From contig NW_002060960.1 in NCBI RefSeq assembly GCF_000150275.1, positions 572,469 through 636,468 on the forward strand: 64,000 nucleotides of DNA. Direction: 5' to 3'. The notes beneath the pieces were generated by a model. It was given only the letters and a program-made list of their open reading frames with translations, was not told the DNA's origin and did not search any database. Of this stretch, positions 25,001 through 37,705 are shown one piece after another (the first letter of the stretch is position 1; every line of letters begins with the position of its first letter). The position numbers were made by a program, and so were the translations under genes. The DNA comes from Trichoplax adhaerens (Eukaryota > Animalia > Placozoa).

Positions 25001-27533
25001 TTGCTCAAAATTTCTTGCTTACTGGATGTCAGAAACAAACTTGCAACATCAGATCCATAATACAGCTACCACAGATGTTATGAAAGATTATATAAACATT
25101 AAAAATAAATATTATAAAGAGCAAAATTAATGACTTCCATTCATCGAGAATGCACATGATAATCGGGTGGCCTTAATATTAAGGAGTTTGTTCTACTAAT
25201 AAACTGTTGATATGGTTAGCTATGGAACTATTCAACTGTGTTTACAATTTTTATCAACAAAGTCGATATATTGGCTTGATAATAATGCTAGAAAGTCCCT
25301 ATTAATAATTAAAATATCGATTTTTCCACGGCGCTTGCGTATGCTTACATTTAATCTTGTTAAATTAATGCTAATAGTGAAGCAACTACCAAGATGTCAG
25401 ATAACCATGGACCGCTAGTTACTATATAATATCAAGTGATCCATGCTGATGGTTAAGTGATTCTATCTACTAATTTATACATAAAATAAAATATATTTGT
25501 TTATGACTGATGTGGACTTCGTTCGTTGGTATTTTTAAATATATATGTGAACAAAGAGTATACGCGTACATATACATTATTTATCTTAACACACTAATTT
25601 TTAAAATAATACCACACATGTGATGGTATACAGATGCCTTACAGTAATTTTTAGGCTTTAGCAATATCGTGTCAGTCTTAAAAGTATTGCGATTAAATAG
25701 TATCATAATCTGTTAGCACTAGCATACAAATTTTACAATATTATTAAATAATAATTATACAGGTGAACTCTAGATTAGAATGGAGGTTCTATAAAATAAT
25801 TTAATCTTTTCATATAAGTTAAGAAATGACAAATAGCAGTGATTGTTTTCTTTAGGATTTGTTTTAGAAGGAAGCGCATGATATGAATTCATTTTATTTC
25901 ATCGTACTTTACGTAGTCCTCCCAGTAATTATTTGATGACTACAGTGCAGCGTAATGGTAGCTACATAAATTCGGCCGTATAGCAAAGGATTAAATATAG
26001 TAACTAAAAGGTTATGCGGTCCATATATTAAGCCTGATGTTGAATGCATTCAACGTACTAAAATAGTAAGGCTAGTCTTTATTATTATTTCAATTATTGC
26101 TTTATCAGTTTATGAACTCTGGATGAAATTATTATACATCACTAGGTAAAGGATAGGCCACGGTAAATGAATCGATGTAGTACTAAGCGCTATTTAAGAC
26201 TGCCATTTTCCAAGCCTACATGACTTGTAAGAATACTTGCAGAGGATAAACTTTAGTCGCGACATACTTTCGTTCAATCCAACTTTTTGCTTTATTCTGT
26301 ATTGTTATAGGACAATTCTGGAAGAGATAAACTGTATCTTTCATTCTTTATTTTATAACCATAGAAAATGTTACTGGTCTCTCTCCAATTCTCAGTGTGT
26401 TTGCTACAGCTTGTTACTGTTAGTAACACTTGGAAAGTTACAAATATTACTCTAATGTCTGACGAATTTGATATGGCTAGAAAAAAAAAATGGAGACTTT
26501 TGACGTGACAAACCCTTTATTGTAATTTACTTCGTGATTAAACAAATTTTTTAAAATACTGAAGAATGCAGTATCTGAAAATCAAGCCAGTCCATCGATA
26601 TACCGGTAGTCAAACAAATTATAATATACTTATTCCTTACGACGTAATATTATAATAATGTATAGCAGCTAATTTTTTGACGTTTGACCTATAGGGCAAA
26701 TAAAATTTGTAATTTGTATTTACATCAGATGTTGCCGCTATTTTCTTGGAATAGTAAAGATTAATAGAGTTTAAGATTAAGAAACAGACTCATCGGACCA
26801 AAGTATATTATAATGTATTTATTATTTTTAACTTCATTATGCTGTCATAACATGTGTAGCATTAGTATACTAGTCTACATTTAATGCAGTTCTAGGTATC
26901 ATCTTAAGTGTATATCTCGTGAGTTTCATAGTCATGCCAATGATATCACTGCTAAGGCATGGATCAGTATGCTTGAGATCTCCCATAGTGGGTTGGCCAT
27001 AATTATGCCTAGCCGATCTCTGATTATTGGACTTACAGTAAAAACGCGATAGGAAGTAAACCAATATTAGGATGAATAACAATACGCATGAATGATGAAC
27101 ATTAGTACGAACTATTTATGGAAGCGATATGAATATATCAGAGGAGTTAAATTCGTATTAGCTGCAAAGCGACACTAAAGCCGATTGAATATTTAGTTAA
27201 GATTAACTCCTTGATGCTATGATGTGAGAGAAGTTGATTACTACACATGTGTGCCTCGTGTGTATAAACACTGCCGTCGTAAGTCAGTAAAGTGACTGAT
27301 ATGAAATTGGAATGGCGAATGATTTACTGTAATAATGTGCAGTATACTCGTACGCTTAAGTATTTCCCTACTGGCTTATTCCAAATTTACTGTCGGTGAA
27401 GATCTTTACACATTATTGAAACATTATTTTGATCATTATTTTGTCTTACGATCAATTCAATTTTTTAGGAAAAGCGAATAAACTGATCATTTGTTCTAAT
27501 CAACAACACTTATACCGAATAAAAATTGACTAT

Positions 27534-27769
27534 GGATATTAATGTTATAGCGAATACCAATGTTGCTAATAGTATTTTGTTTTGGCAACAACTCGCAACG
27601 ATTAATACTGGATTACATATCTTGATTACTTGTGAAAAGGTACTTGCTAATTACTTTATTATTCAATCGCTTACATATCAAGTTCCCTGATCGAATTTTA
27701 TCGTTTGCGAGTTGTTACCAAAACAAAATACTATTAGCAACATTGGTATTCGCTATAACATTAATATCC
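27534..27769. mobile_element. MITE-like / foldback element: ~69-bp near-perfect terminal inverted repeats with a ~97-bp spacer
   Basis: The left arm GGATATTAATGTTATAGCGAATACCAATGTTGCTAATAGTATTTTGTTTTGGCAACAACTCGCAACGAT is the reverse complement of 27700-27769, with one mismatch and one 1-nt indel. No TSD seen. The repeat is certain; mobility is inferred. Confidence 0.7.
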
Positions 27770-28299
27770 GTCTCTTATGATGAGGCCAACGCATTTAGAA
27801 GAGCAATATCGCACGGATTTCAATTGTACCTTAGCTATGAACGATATCATTAACTGAATATTTCGGTTTACAAGTCTATAACTTAGTTAATTAAATGATT
27901 ATGTCCATCGTTTATTTTTACGACTATATCAATAGACCGTAATTCTTTATTCTGTATCATTTGACTTGCAGATTATAAACTCTTGACCAGGTATATAAAT
28001 ATACTTTCTATCCATTAATCATCACCTATTTTAGCAATCATCAAGTGCTATCGGTCTAGCGTTTATTGTACTCTTGTACAAATATATTGATCATTGGTGG
28101 CGCAAATACAGCTATGGATAGACATAGATAGTAAATGTACTGGAGAATTTTCGTTGAGCCGTCAAGCCAATTTTGTAGTAATTGCTGTTTAAGTAACACC
28201 TCAGTTTGATAGCAATGAGTTTAGGAAAGGATTCCACTTACTATTTATATACTGTATTAATTAAGATTGAGTCAAATTCAAATTATTAAAATTAACCAC

Positions 28300-31200
28300 G
28301 AATCCACGATGATTGCAGAAAGTATTTATAGTATTTAGAACGGTACATCATGTTTTAAGGACGAATATCACAGGATGTAGGGCATCTAAAACTGAAGTGG
28401 TTATTGATTGATACAGTACTGTACTTAATAAACACAGAGAAATATGTTGCACAAGAGCTGTTTCCTACCAGACCATGACTAAAACTGGAGGTCTGAGTAT
28501 GGACACTCTTGATTGATTGACGTAGTTCGAGTTGCATGGATTTCCTAATGATAGAATGAGGTTAGTAAGAAATTGTAATATCTCTTAGCCTCCTTGGCAG
28601 CAGGTCGATTTCAATGAAGGGTATTTTTCAGGCAATTATGCGATTCATGGTTTGTGCTTAAACAAATCTTATTAGGATAGTAAATGATATGTACACTAGT
28701 ATAGTGCAACGTTGATTGACATACGATAGTTTGATGTTCAGAGGCAGCCGTCTGTGGCTGATTTGAGCTTAATAGGATCTTTAATAAGGCAAAGGCAAGA
28801 CAGAGCAGCTTATGATAATTTCCTTATTGTTCATAATAATTATCAATCTCATAATTTATCGCAGAAATACCCCATGTAGAATGATAAACAGTACTCTAAC
28901 GTATAGCCTACAGTAAGCAAGACTCAATCTGGACTTGCGAATAGGTACTCGTATTCGGACCTTACATTATCCAATGAACATGTACACTGTACAATAAGTA
29001 AATTTCCACCATTAAACAGGGTGGCTATAATGCACTGCAGCATTTGATCGAGTACAGATACAATTGGATGTTGATCATGATACGGAAAAGTTCTCAATGT
29101 AACGCAAGGAAGAATGCTAAAATTTGGCTTTGCTGTAACTGTAAATCATCGTATTGGCGAATATCATTTCATCATTTTTACCAATATCAAGGAATACCTT
29201 GACCTTTCACAGAACAGGACTCAGACCACTACTGTAGCAGTTGTCATGGCCATTGCAATAATGTAAACGATCATGGACTATTGATGAAAATTAATTAATC
29301 ATAGACTTGATGAAAGACAAGGATCTCGTTTGCAGATTTTTAGGTCTTGATAATACTGCATAGTATAAAATGGCGTAGCGTTGATAAATTTCCATGTTTA
29401 TCTTTACTTGCATGCAAATGTAGGAGAAATCATGCATGGAGTATGCGCATGAAAACTTCATCTTTGGTGCGCGAAACTCGAGACTCTATTTAACAACAGT
29501 AGTTGTGCTGTAGCTTAGTTTATGCAGACTTTGCAGTTGATTAATTGATGATCGATATCATTAGATGCGAATTATGGCTTGGTAATCATTAAGCAAGAGG
29601 AATAAAATAAGAACAATACAGTAAGAGTTGATAAAGAAAAAATAGGAGTCTGTGTAGGATTGGAAAGCATACGTTTGGTGACGGCCTTGCTATTTCTTGC
29701 GAGCGTTATTTAGTTAGTGACGAAATGACCACCCAAACGTGCTGAAGCTATTTCAATGTTTGTTTATTTATTTTCTGTGTTTTATTTTAACCGCAAGTAA
29801 ACGACAGTGGGTGTACTAGCGACAAATGTGAACAAAGTGCTGAGTACACAGTTCAGAAATTCGATCAACGGAATGCATTGCATGCAGATTGTAATTGCAA
29901 CATGTATTTTGGGGCGGCAGCGACGGTACAGCAAATCGGACAATCGCCCCCTCCCCAATCAATCGGATACGTACATATGTCGACCAATATGCGGCATTGC
30001 TATTGGTGGGTAAAATTTGAAATGAACATATTCAATTGTAAATAGACGCAGTTACCTATGACACAAAATTCCTTTCTATCATCCCTTTTCTTAGCCTACG
30101 TACAGTAGTTGTATTTAGTAAATATGCTACAGAGAATGATTGAAAATACAGTCATTCATGGTAATTGAACAGCTCCAGCAAGTTGTGGCCTTTTTACGGG
30201 CTAGTAAAAAGAAGGATAGTGCAGTCATGGATAGACGATTGGTGCACGCCTTTGAGTGAAGTCTGATTTCAACGGCTAGGGGTTCAACTTCAGCTTATAA
30301 GCAGAAGAAAAGTAAGGAGTAAGACTTTGCGAATGTGCAGAGCGTTGTGAACCATTTATGGCAACAAGAAAGGCATTTGGATTATTCACCTTCTCGAGGA
30401 ATGAAACAGGACAGAGTGCAGTGCAGGGTACGGAGTCCATAGTTTACACTTTACTGTACGGTAATATAACACTGGTCCATAGGCATGGAGAAATAAAAAA
30501 GGATGCGACCTTTGAAGTCCAATCAATTGGTTGAATTCTTGTAAGCTGCAGGCGAGTATATCAATATTATTTTATTTTTCTATCTAACAGTCCATTTGAA
30601 TCAGTTGTCCATGTTGCACCTGGTTGGACCTGGACAACAACGCAACACTGAGTGTGGCCAAGGCTACAGTATAAAGTGCGTCACGTGCACAGGAGACTGT
30701 CCGTGCAGTACAGTACTGTACTGTACTGTACAGTACACGATGATGACTGCAGTACCGTACTGTAGGGTACAGTACATGGCACTGTGGACAGCTGGTGAAG
30801 TGAGACTTTTTTGCTTCCCTTCACTACTACCATCCATGAGCGCAGTGGATGGGTCTAAAAGCTGTCCATTTGCATGCTGTACAGTCCTGCAAAAATGGAC
30901 TGGACAGTCAGTAGTGGTCAATGCAGGCTTGGCAGTGAAACATTTTCATCCATTGGANNNNNNNNNNNNNNNNNNNNNNNNNNNNNNNNNNNNNNNNNNN
31001 NNNNNNNNNNNNNNNNNNNNNNNNNNNNNNNNNNNNNNNNNNNNNNNNNNNNNNNNNNNNNNNNNNNNNNNNNNNNNNNNNNNNNNNNNNNNNNNNCTTA
31101 CCAACGCTGTAGCCAATCCATCTTCCGCCCGCCACCACACTCCATTAGGATTAGTCCCTCCTTTGTGTTCAATCATCGCCATTAGCATAACAATAGCAGC

Positions 31201-34200
31201 CATGACAGCCTCTCCTCCAATGCATTAGGTCACGTGGACATTGGGCAAGATTGACCTGCCGATGGTATATATAGGACGCATCTGCTGGAGTGTTTTCATT
31301 TCTCCACGCTATTTTGCCCAAGTCTCCTAAGTAAGTACTCGACTGTTTACTATTTATTAATATTAGTGGATGTTGTTTTTGATGATGGAGGAAAAGCGAG
31401 CACAGTTGTTGTAATGTTACTTGAATTTCAAGTTGTTCATTTGCTTTTTATCTTATCCATTTTAGTTTGCCTTTCTTGAGTCAAGTTATCATTGTGCTGA
31501 AGACTGAAACAATCCAAATTCACGGACGAGGTAAGAGGATGAAAGGCGATGGCCAAGCAATGTTATGATTTTGCCGTAGCCTATTTTTCTTGATATTTGT
31601 CAATACTGCAGTTGGACGCTGTTTCTGACAGCGTATCCCAATTTTAATTTGTACATTGAAAATCATTCCAATGAAATGAATGCCATGCTCTCTTTGGTGT
31701 TGTTTAGCGTTTGATCACAAGTCATCATTCTATTCCTCCAATCCAGAAACAAATTGCTCCCACTGACGACTAACCAGACGTCTTGCTCACAACTTCCTTC
31801 TCTCTGTAAAAGGTAAGACTCGTTCATTGATCGTTGAATGTACACTAGTGTAGGATAACATACGGTTAGAGATTAATTAGATGCGTAATGCTGACATTGG
31901 ACAAAATAGCTAGTTCAATTTCAATATACAACAGTCTGCTGTCGAGGCATAGGCTCAAAGGGTAGTGTCGAGTGATCTAGTGGGAGGGGAATATCCAAAC
32001 GCATGTTCTCTACAATCAATTTTCTTTCCATTCCATCAGTACACACAACACTGTACGTATGCCACGATAATGAATATTCATAAGTATGCAGCCATTTCTA
32101 CAGTACAAGTTGAAAGAAGAGAAGGGCAAGTACTTTGTGAAGATAGTAAAAATACAGTATTGTACCAATGGAGAAAAGCAAGTTCGTCTACTTAGTCTAG
32201 TGCCAATTTGGCCCCACTCAATATACAGTACTTTTTCACTTAGCACATTGCTAGAAACAAAGGTCATCATTCTGTAGATAGAGTAGTGGACAAGTTGGAT
32301 TTTACAAAGTAAAGCATGGCGATCATTTCAGGCCGTTTGAAGCGTAATGTTGTTGGTATTCACTTGAGTAGATTTACTGTAAACAGAAGGAATGGGACCG
32401 CGTGACTTTTGATCTCCGTTCTTGGATAAGTTTCTAAACTTATCTTGCCCGCAGGGACGCAGTGGGTGGCCAGTGTGCAACCCTGATATAGTGGTAGTGA
32501 TAGTGCTGAAAAAAGACTTTTTTTATAGAAAGTGTCTTTGGACAGTTGCCAAGTTTTCTGTACAAACCGTTCAATGCAGTATTGTTTAGATATATATATA
32601 CGCTAATTATTTAATGGAACGTAGATGATGCTTTTTGGGGGGTTATTATTATTTTAATAATATCATTATTAATATACTGCACAGCCAGAGCCTACTAATG
32701 TAAAATGCAGCATCATTAAACAATGCTGATGGAAATATTAATTATCGTCTATAGTCCTTCGCAGTCTGTACTATTGTTGCTAGGGTATGATCAAAAGTCC
32801 ACAATGAATCCGTCGTTCATAGTTACCCATAGAGAGAAAGGGAAAGGAGGAACCAACATCCAGTACTGTACAGTCTTGAGTCAAATAGTTTTATTGAGTA
32901 CCAGTAGGAATGTAAACATGATTAGACGCCAGCTAGAATCGTCTACTACTGTATGTTAGTAAATACGTTGCTACAAAGTGGGCCAGCATACGCCAACAAT
33001 AATATTTAGAATTTACAAGCATTTTTTTTCCATCTTCTACTTTTGCCAAGTTCTATACGTAATACAGTATTGTCACGACCACAAGTGCTTGAAATACACA
33101 TGTCGATGAAAAGGTTAAAGTTCGCTACGAGGATCAATTAATGCATTACCAAGTCGATGTTTAGTACCGCGGCAGATTGCACTTTACTGACTCTATTTTT
33201 AGCCACTGAATTACTGAATGTCGCAAAACACACACATTCTAGTCGTACTCTAGTTCAAGCATTTCCTTGCTGTAAAGGTTGATTGCAATTTGATTTACAA
33301 CTACGGTACGCACTTTTCAAGCAGGTAACCGCATTATGCGTGGATACTTTATGTACATCAAGGATAAAATAGTTGTCGCTTAATTGCAATGAGATACGTG
33401 TCCTTTGGACATGTTTTACTGTTCATGATTAGTGGATGGCAAGAGTAGAAAGTAAGCTAAAAGTCACGCCGCCAAAATAGTTTGATCGAAAAACATTGTC
33501 AATACTATAACTAGTAGTGAGCGTAAGTTGATTGAAGTTTTTCATCACTTTCCGAGAATTATTATCCAATACTATCTAATAATATCCGAAAGTAGCGGTG
33601 GTATTTACCATTAGCCAATCACCAGCAGGAATGCGTTACAGAAAGCATGTCTGCTATGCAGCTCGGCGCTTCTGTTGTCTTTGTTCAATATCTAAATATT
33701 GACTTAAATTTGGGCCATCAGTGATTACGTTGTCCAGCAGAATAGAGATGTTATGGCCGCTGTGATACGGATAGGATAGACGTAATATACTGTACTGGCG
33801 ATTTGTTAGTCTTGATGACTGTGGAGACGGGTATGGAAAGATGCATTTGGGGTAGTAATGTCTTCAATAACAAATTGGTCATCTTTACCGTAGTAGTATG
33901 ACATTGACGATAATGAATGCAATTTTAAATCAACTTGGCTACTGTAGTGTTAGTATATTGAAGTGTACTAATGTCGTATTTAGTGATCCATATTCTTCTA
34001 TTCATGCTTGACACACATATGATGATACTACTGCATATTTGCTTAGTTTGCCAAGGTAGTACTGCTATTGCCGTAGACAATATAATGCATATTGTTCTAG
34101 CTGGCGTAAATACCATGGTTGCTGCACAAGTAGTGTGCAAGACTACTGCTAGTGAATTTTTCTTCCATGCTGCTTGACGGCGGTGTAAGTAAGGTGCAGT

Positions 34201-34400
34201 GCTGTTGTTTGATATTCATCACCAGTAGCTTAGTAAATATGTTTTTATCAGTCGTGTCCAATTTTTCAAATGCTTGCATATCCAGTTCAGGAGTAACATT
34301 ACAGTAATGATGGATAGATATCAAGTGGAATACTGTACTGTACTGTGGAGATACGCCAACGTTAGTCTGCTTTTATTTAGTGCTTACATCGTACTACCGC
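28300..34400. other. CAGTA/TACTG-rich island with decayed coding-like fragments (unidentified relic gene or element)
   Basis: Visibly less AT-rich than its flanks. CAGTA tracts at 30705-30780, 32860-32875 and 34330-34346. Stop-interrupted frames and orphan splice sites. Boundaries are approximate. Confidence 0.35.
30958..31096. other. Assembly gap (139 N)
   Basis: Run of N. Confidence 0.99.
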
Positions 34401-34807
34401 TAGAATAATGCTGTTGCAGTCCTGTTGTAGTTTTGCTGAATAAATGGTGATAGTAACATGTAGATATTTAGACGCGAAAATCGTTATTCGTCTGTATTGG
34501 ATAAACTGTTGTCAAAAACGCTATTTTTATTTTGATCGATAGCTACTAGTAAAACGTAATCATAGAGAATGTTATCGTAGGAACCAATAACTCATGTTGT
34601 ATTGTTTGGATCACGTCTACTTCAACGTCGTATTTTTGTCATATTTTATTGTTTTTTTGTTTTATTTATAAATTATATATATAGTAAATGCTTTTATGTT
34701 GTATATACTGTTGCACTCGAATCAAGTCTTCTATTCTAATCGAATTTTGATCTTGGCGTAGCTATCGTGTTTTCAAGAATTGTCAACCAATAACAAAGTA
34801 GTACATC

Positions 34808-37705
34808 ATGGGCTCTCCTGATGATGTAAGTAATCTCAAATGGTATACAATACACATTCCAATTGTCTAGCTCTATTCCAACGGCTTTAATTAATAATCA
34901 TATCCAATTTTAGAATGGCTATAATCATACTGATGAAAAAAGAACCAAAGAATCCGCTACTGAAGCGGCTGAGGATCGTGGACATTGGGGTCATAAAATG
35001 GATTTCATGTTGTCTTGTATCGGTTATGCAGTTGGTCTAGGAAATGTTTGGCGATTTCCCTATCTGTGTGCCAGTAGTGGTGGAGGTAGGAACTTTCTTG
35101 CATCATCAATTTTCAACCCGTTATTGAAAAGTTCAAATCTCTAAGCAACTTTTTCTCTTCATTTTATCAAGGTGCATTTTTGATTCCCTACTGTATTATG
35201 TTGGTTTTGGTGGGCATTCCTTTATTTATCTTGGAATTGACAATTGGTCAATACACTCAGGAAGGACCTTTGCAAGTTTGGGAAAACTTATTTCCTGTTT
35301 TGAAAGGTGTGTAGGATTGTAATCTTGAAATTGTATTCTAAATGGTAAGATGCGTGCGTAGTGACAATATCGGATTTCACATTTAAAGGTGTCGGCTATG
35401 CAATGTGTGTATGCTCATTTGGAGTTGCAATTTATTACAACGTTATCATTGCTTGGTGCTACTACTTCGTATTTGCATCCATGCAAGATCCACTACCTTG
35501 GTCAAAATGCAATCAAACGTGGAATGATGCAAAATGCTATGAACGAGTTCGAATTTGTGATAGCAACGATTCAGTAACTACTGTAGCTACAACTGTTGCT
35601 GCTACTGTGACTGGTGCTGCCAAACAGGTCATTCCTTGTGTTTCCAATACGACCAAGGTTGAGACACCAAGTGAACAGTACTGGAAGTGAGTATAATTTC
35701 AAAATTTGCCTATTGATTGGTATACAAACTAAACTACGAGTATGTTGACCTCTCCAAAAAAATTCATTCAGCATTGATGTCAATATCAAATTTTAATATT
35801 GATTTTAGTCATCATGTTTTGGAAATTTCCAACGGCATTGGCGAACTAGGAACAGTACGATGGCATTTGGCGTTGTGTTTGCTCCTAGCTTGGATTGTTA
35901 TTTATTTCTGCGTATTCAAAGGTGTTAAATCCTCTGGCAAGGTACTATAAAACAACTCTTGTAAATGATTTGAGAAATTGTAATAGGTTGTCCAAGTAAA
36001 TTACTTGGACATATCTTTCTGATCACAGTCGATGGACTAAATTGTGAATACCAATATTTTTTACATACTATCTTAGGTTGTATACTTTACCGCTACGTTT
36101 CCTTATGTTGTTTTGGTTATTTTACTTATTCGCGGTGTAACCTTGGAGGGTCATCTGGATGGTATAAGGTTTTATTTAACTCCAGATTGGAGTAAGTTAA
36201 GTGATGCGAAAGTGTGGGCCGATGCTACTACACAAATCTTTTTCTCGCTCAGTGTTGGATTTGGTGGTTTGATCACCATGGCAAGCTACAATCAATTCTA
36301 CAACAACTGCTTCAGGTTAACTATACTCTAAGTGAAAGTTGACCATACTTCAAGTTGATATGCAAGTTTCCAAATTATTTTTAATCCTTTATAATATTCT
36401 AACTATAAGTTCTTTGGGTATTTACAGGGATTCTATTACCGTTGCCTTAATAAACTGCAGTACCAGTTTTTTCGCCGGTTTTGTAATATTTTCCGTTGTT
36501 GGATACATGGCACATACTGCTGGAAGACCGGTTGCCGAAGTTGCTGATCAAGGTAATAAATTAATGTGTCCTAGTAATGCTTTAGTGTAGTATGGAATAA
36601 ATTTATACTACCGTAGATTGTCCGGCTAACATCTAACTGTGTAACTGTACTAATAGTTACCGTTGTTTCTTAAATCTCGATAGGTGTCAGCTTGGCTTTC
36701 ATAGTTTATCCAGCAGCCGTTGCGGCAATGCCTGTTTCGCAGCTATGGTCAATAATCTTCTTCTTCATGTTAATTACTTTGGGTATGGATAGCCAGTTTG
36801 CGTTTATGGAAACTATTATTACTGCTGCTGTAGATGAGTATCCAAAACAGTTGCGTGAAAAAAAATGGTTTATTTGTATTATTGGATGCGGATTTTTGTA
36901 TCTTCTTGGATTCCCTTGCATTTGTCAGGTACAGATTTATTAGTGTTTAAATAATTTCGAAGGGATTACAAGAACTAATATCACAATCGTTGATGACTTT
37001 TTTAGGGTGGTGCATATGTAGTACAGCTGCTGGATGATTATGTTGCCGGAATATCTTTACTTTTCCTAGTAATTTGTGAATGTATCGCTTGTGGTTGGGG
37101 ATACGGTAAGTAATGGAACCTTTTTGTATACTATTGATATTAGTCTGAACATGTTGTACTTTGAACATTCTTCAGTCAACATTAATAAATGTTTGCATAT
37201 TGAAACTTTGAAATTCTTCTTACCGATAATAATATATTAGGCAACGGTCGTATTGGACGTGATCTAAAGCGAATGATCGGATATCAACCATGGTTTTATC
37301 ATTGGTTTTTATTCTGCTGGAAATACATTTCCCCCGCTACTTTAATGGTAAGTACATAAATAGATATCTTCTTAATAAATGCACTTCTATTTAAAATTAG
37401 ATTCAAAGGTTTAATTGTATACTTTTACTTTACAGTTTGTAGTTGTTTTTAAATTCGTTGATTATGGTCCAATCAAATACGGAACCTACATATTCCCAAA
37501 ATGGTCAGAAATTATCGCCTGGTTTGTTGCCTTGTGCTCAATGCTGTGCATTCCTGGAGTCGCAATCTATAAGATTGTAAAGGCCCCAGGCGATACATTT
37601 GCAGAAAAATGGCGGGTTGTTTCAACGCCTCGAGATGATAAATATGGTGATTTAATGGAAAGTGCAATGGAACTTAAATCTCGTGAAATGGATAACGTTG
37701 CCTAG
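34808..37705 (+). CDS. SLC6 (NSS) Na+/Cl--dependent transporter, amino-acid subfamily (PROT/GlyT-like), paralogue A, 11 exons, 613 aa
   Basis: Exons 34808-34825, 34914-35085, 35172-35306, 35389-35686, 35809-35941, 36077-36315, 36428-36552, 36684-36928, 37006-37105, 37241-37347, 37436-37705 (1842 nt, phases consistent). Motifs [75 protein letters not shown]. The 18-nt first exon is less certain. Confidence 0.93.

Noticed and set aside
26890-27060. Isolated, less AT-rich patch with open frames on both strands
   Set aside because: No recognisable motif and no partner exons
35989-36011. Intronic palindrome TGTCCAAGTAA-A-TTACTTGGACA
   Set aside because: Short, and absent from the equivalent intron of paralogue B; no evidence of function
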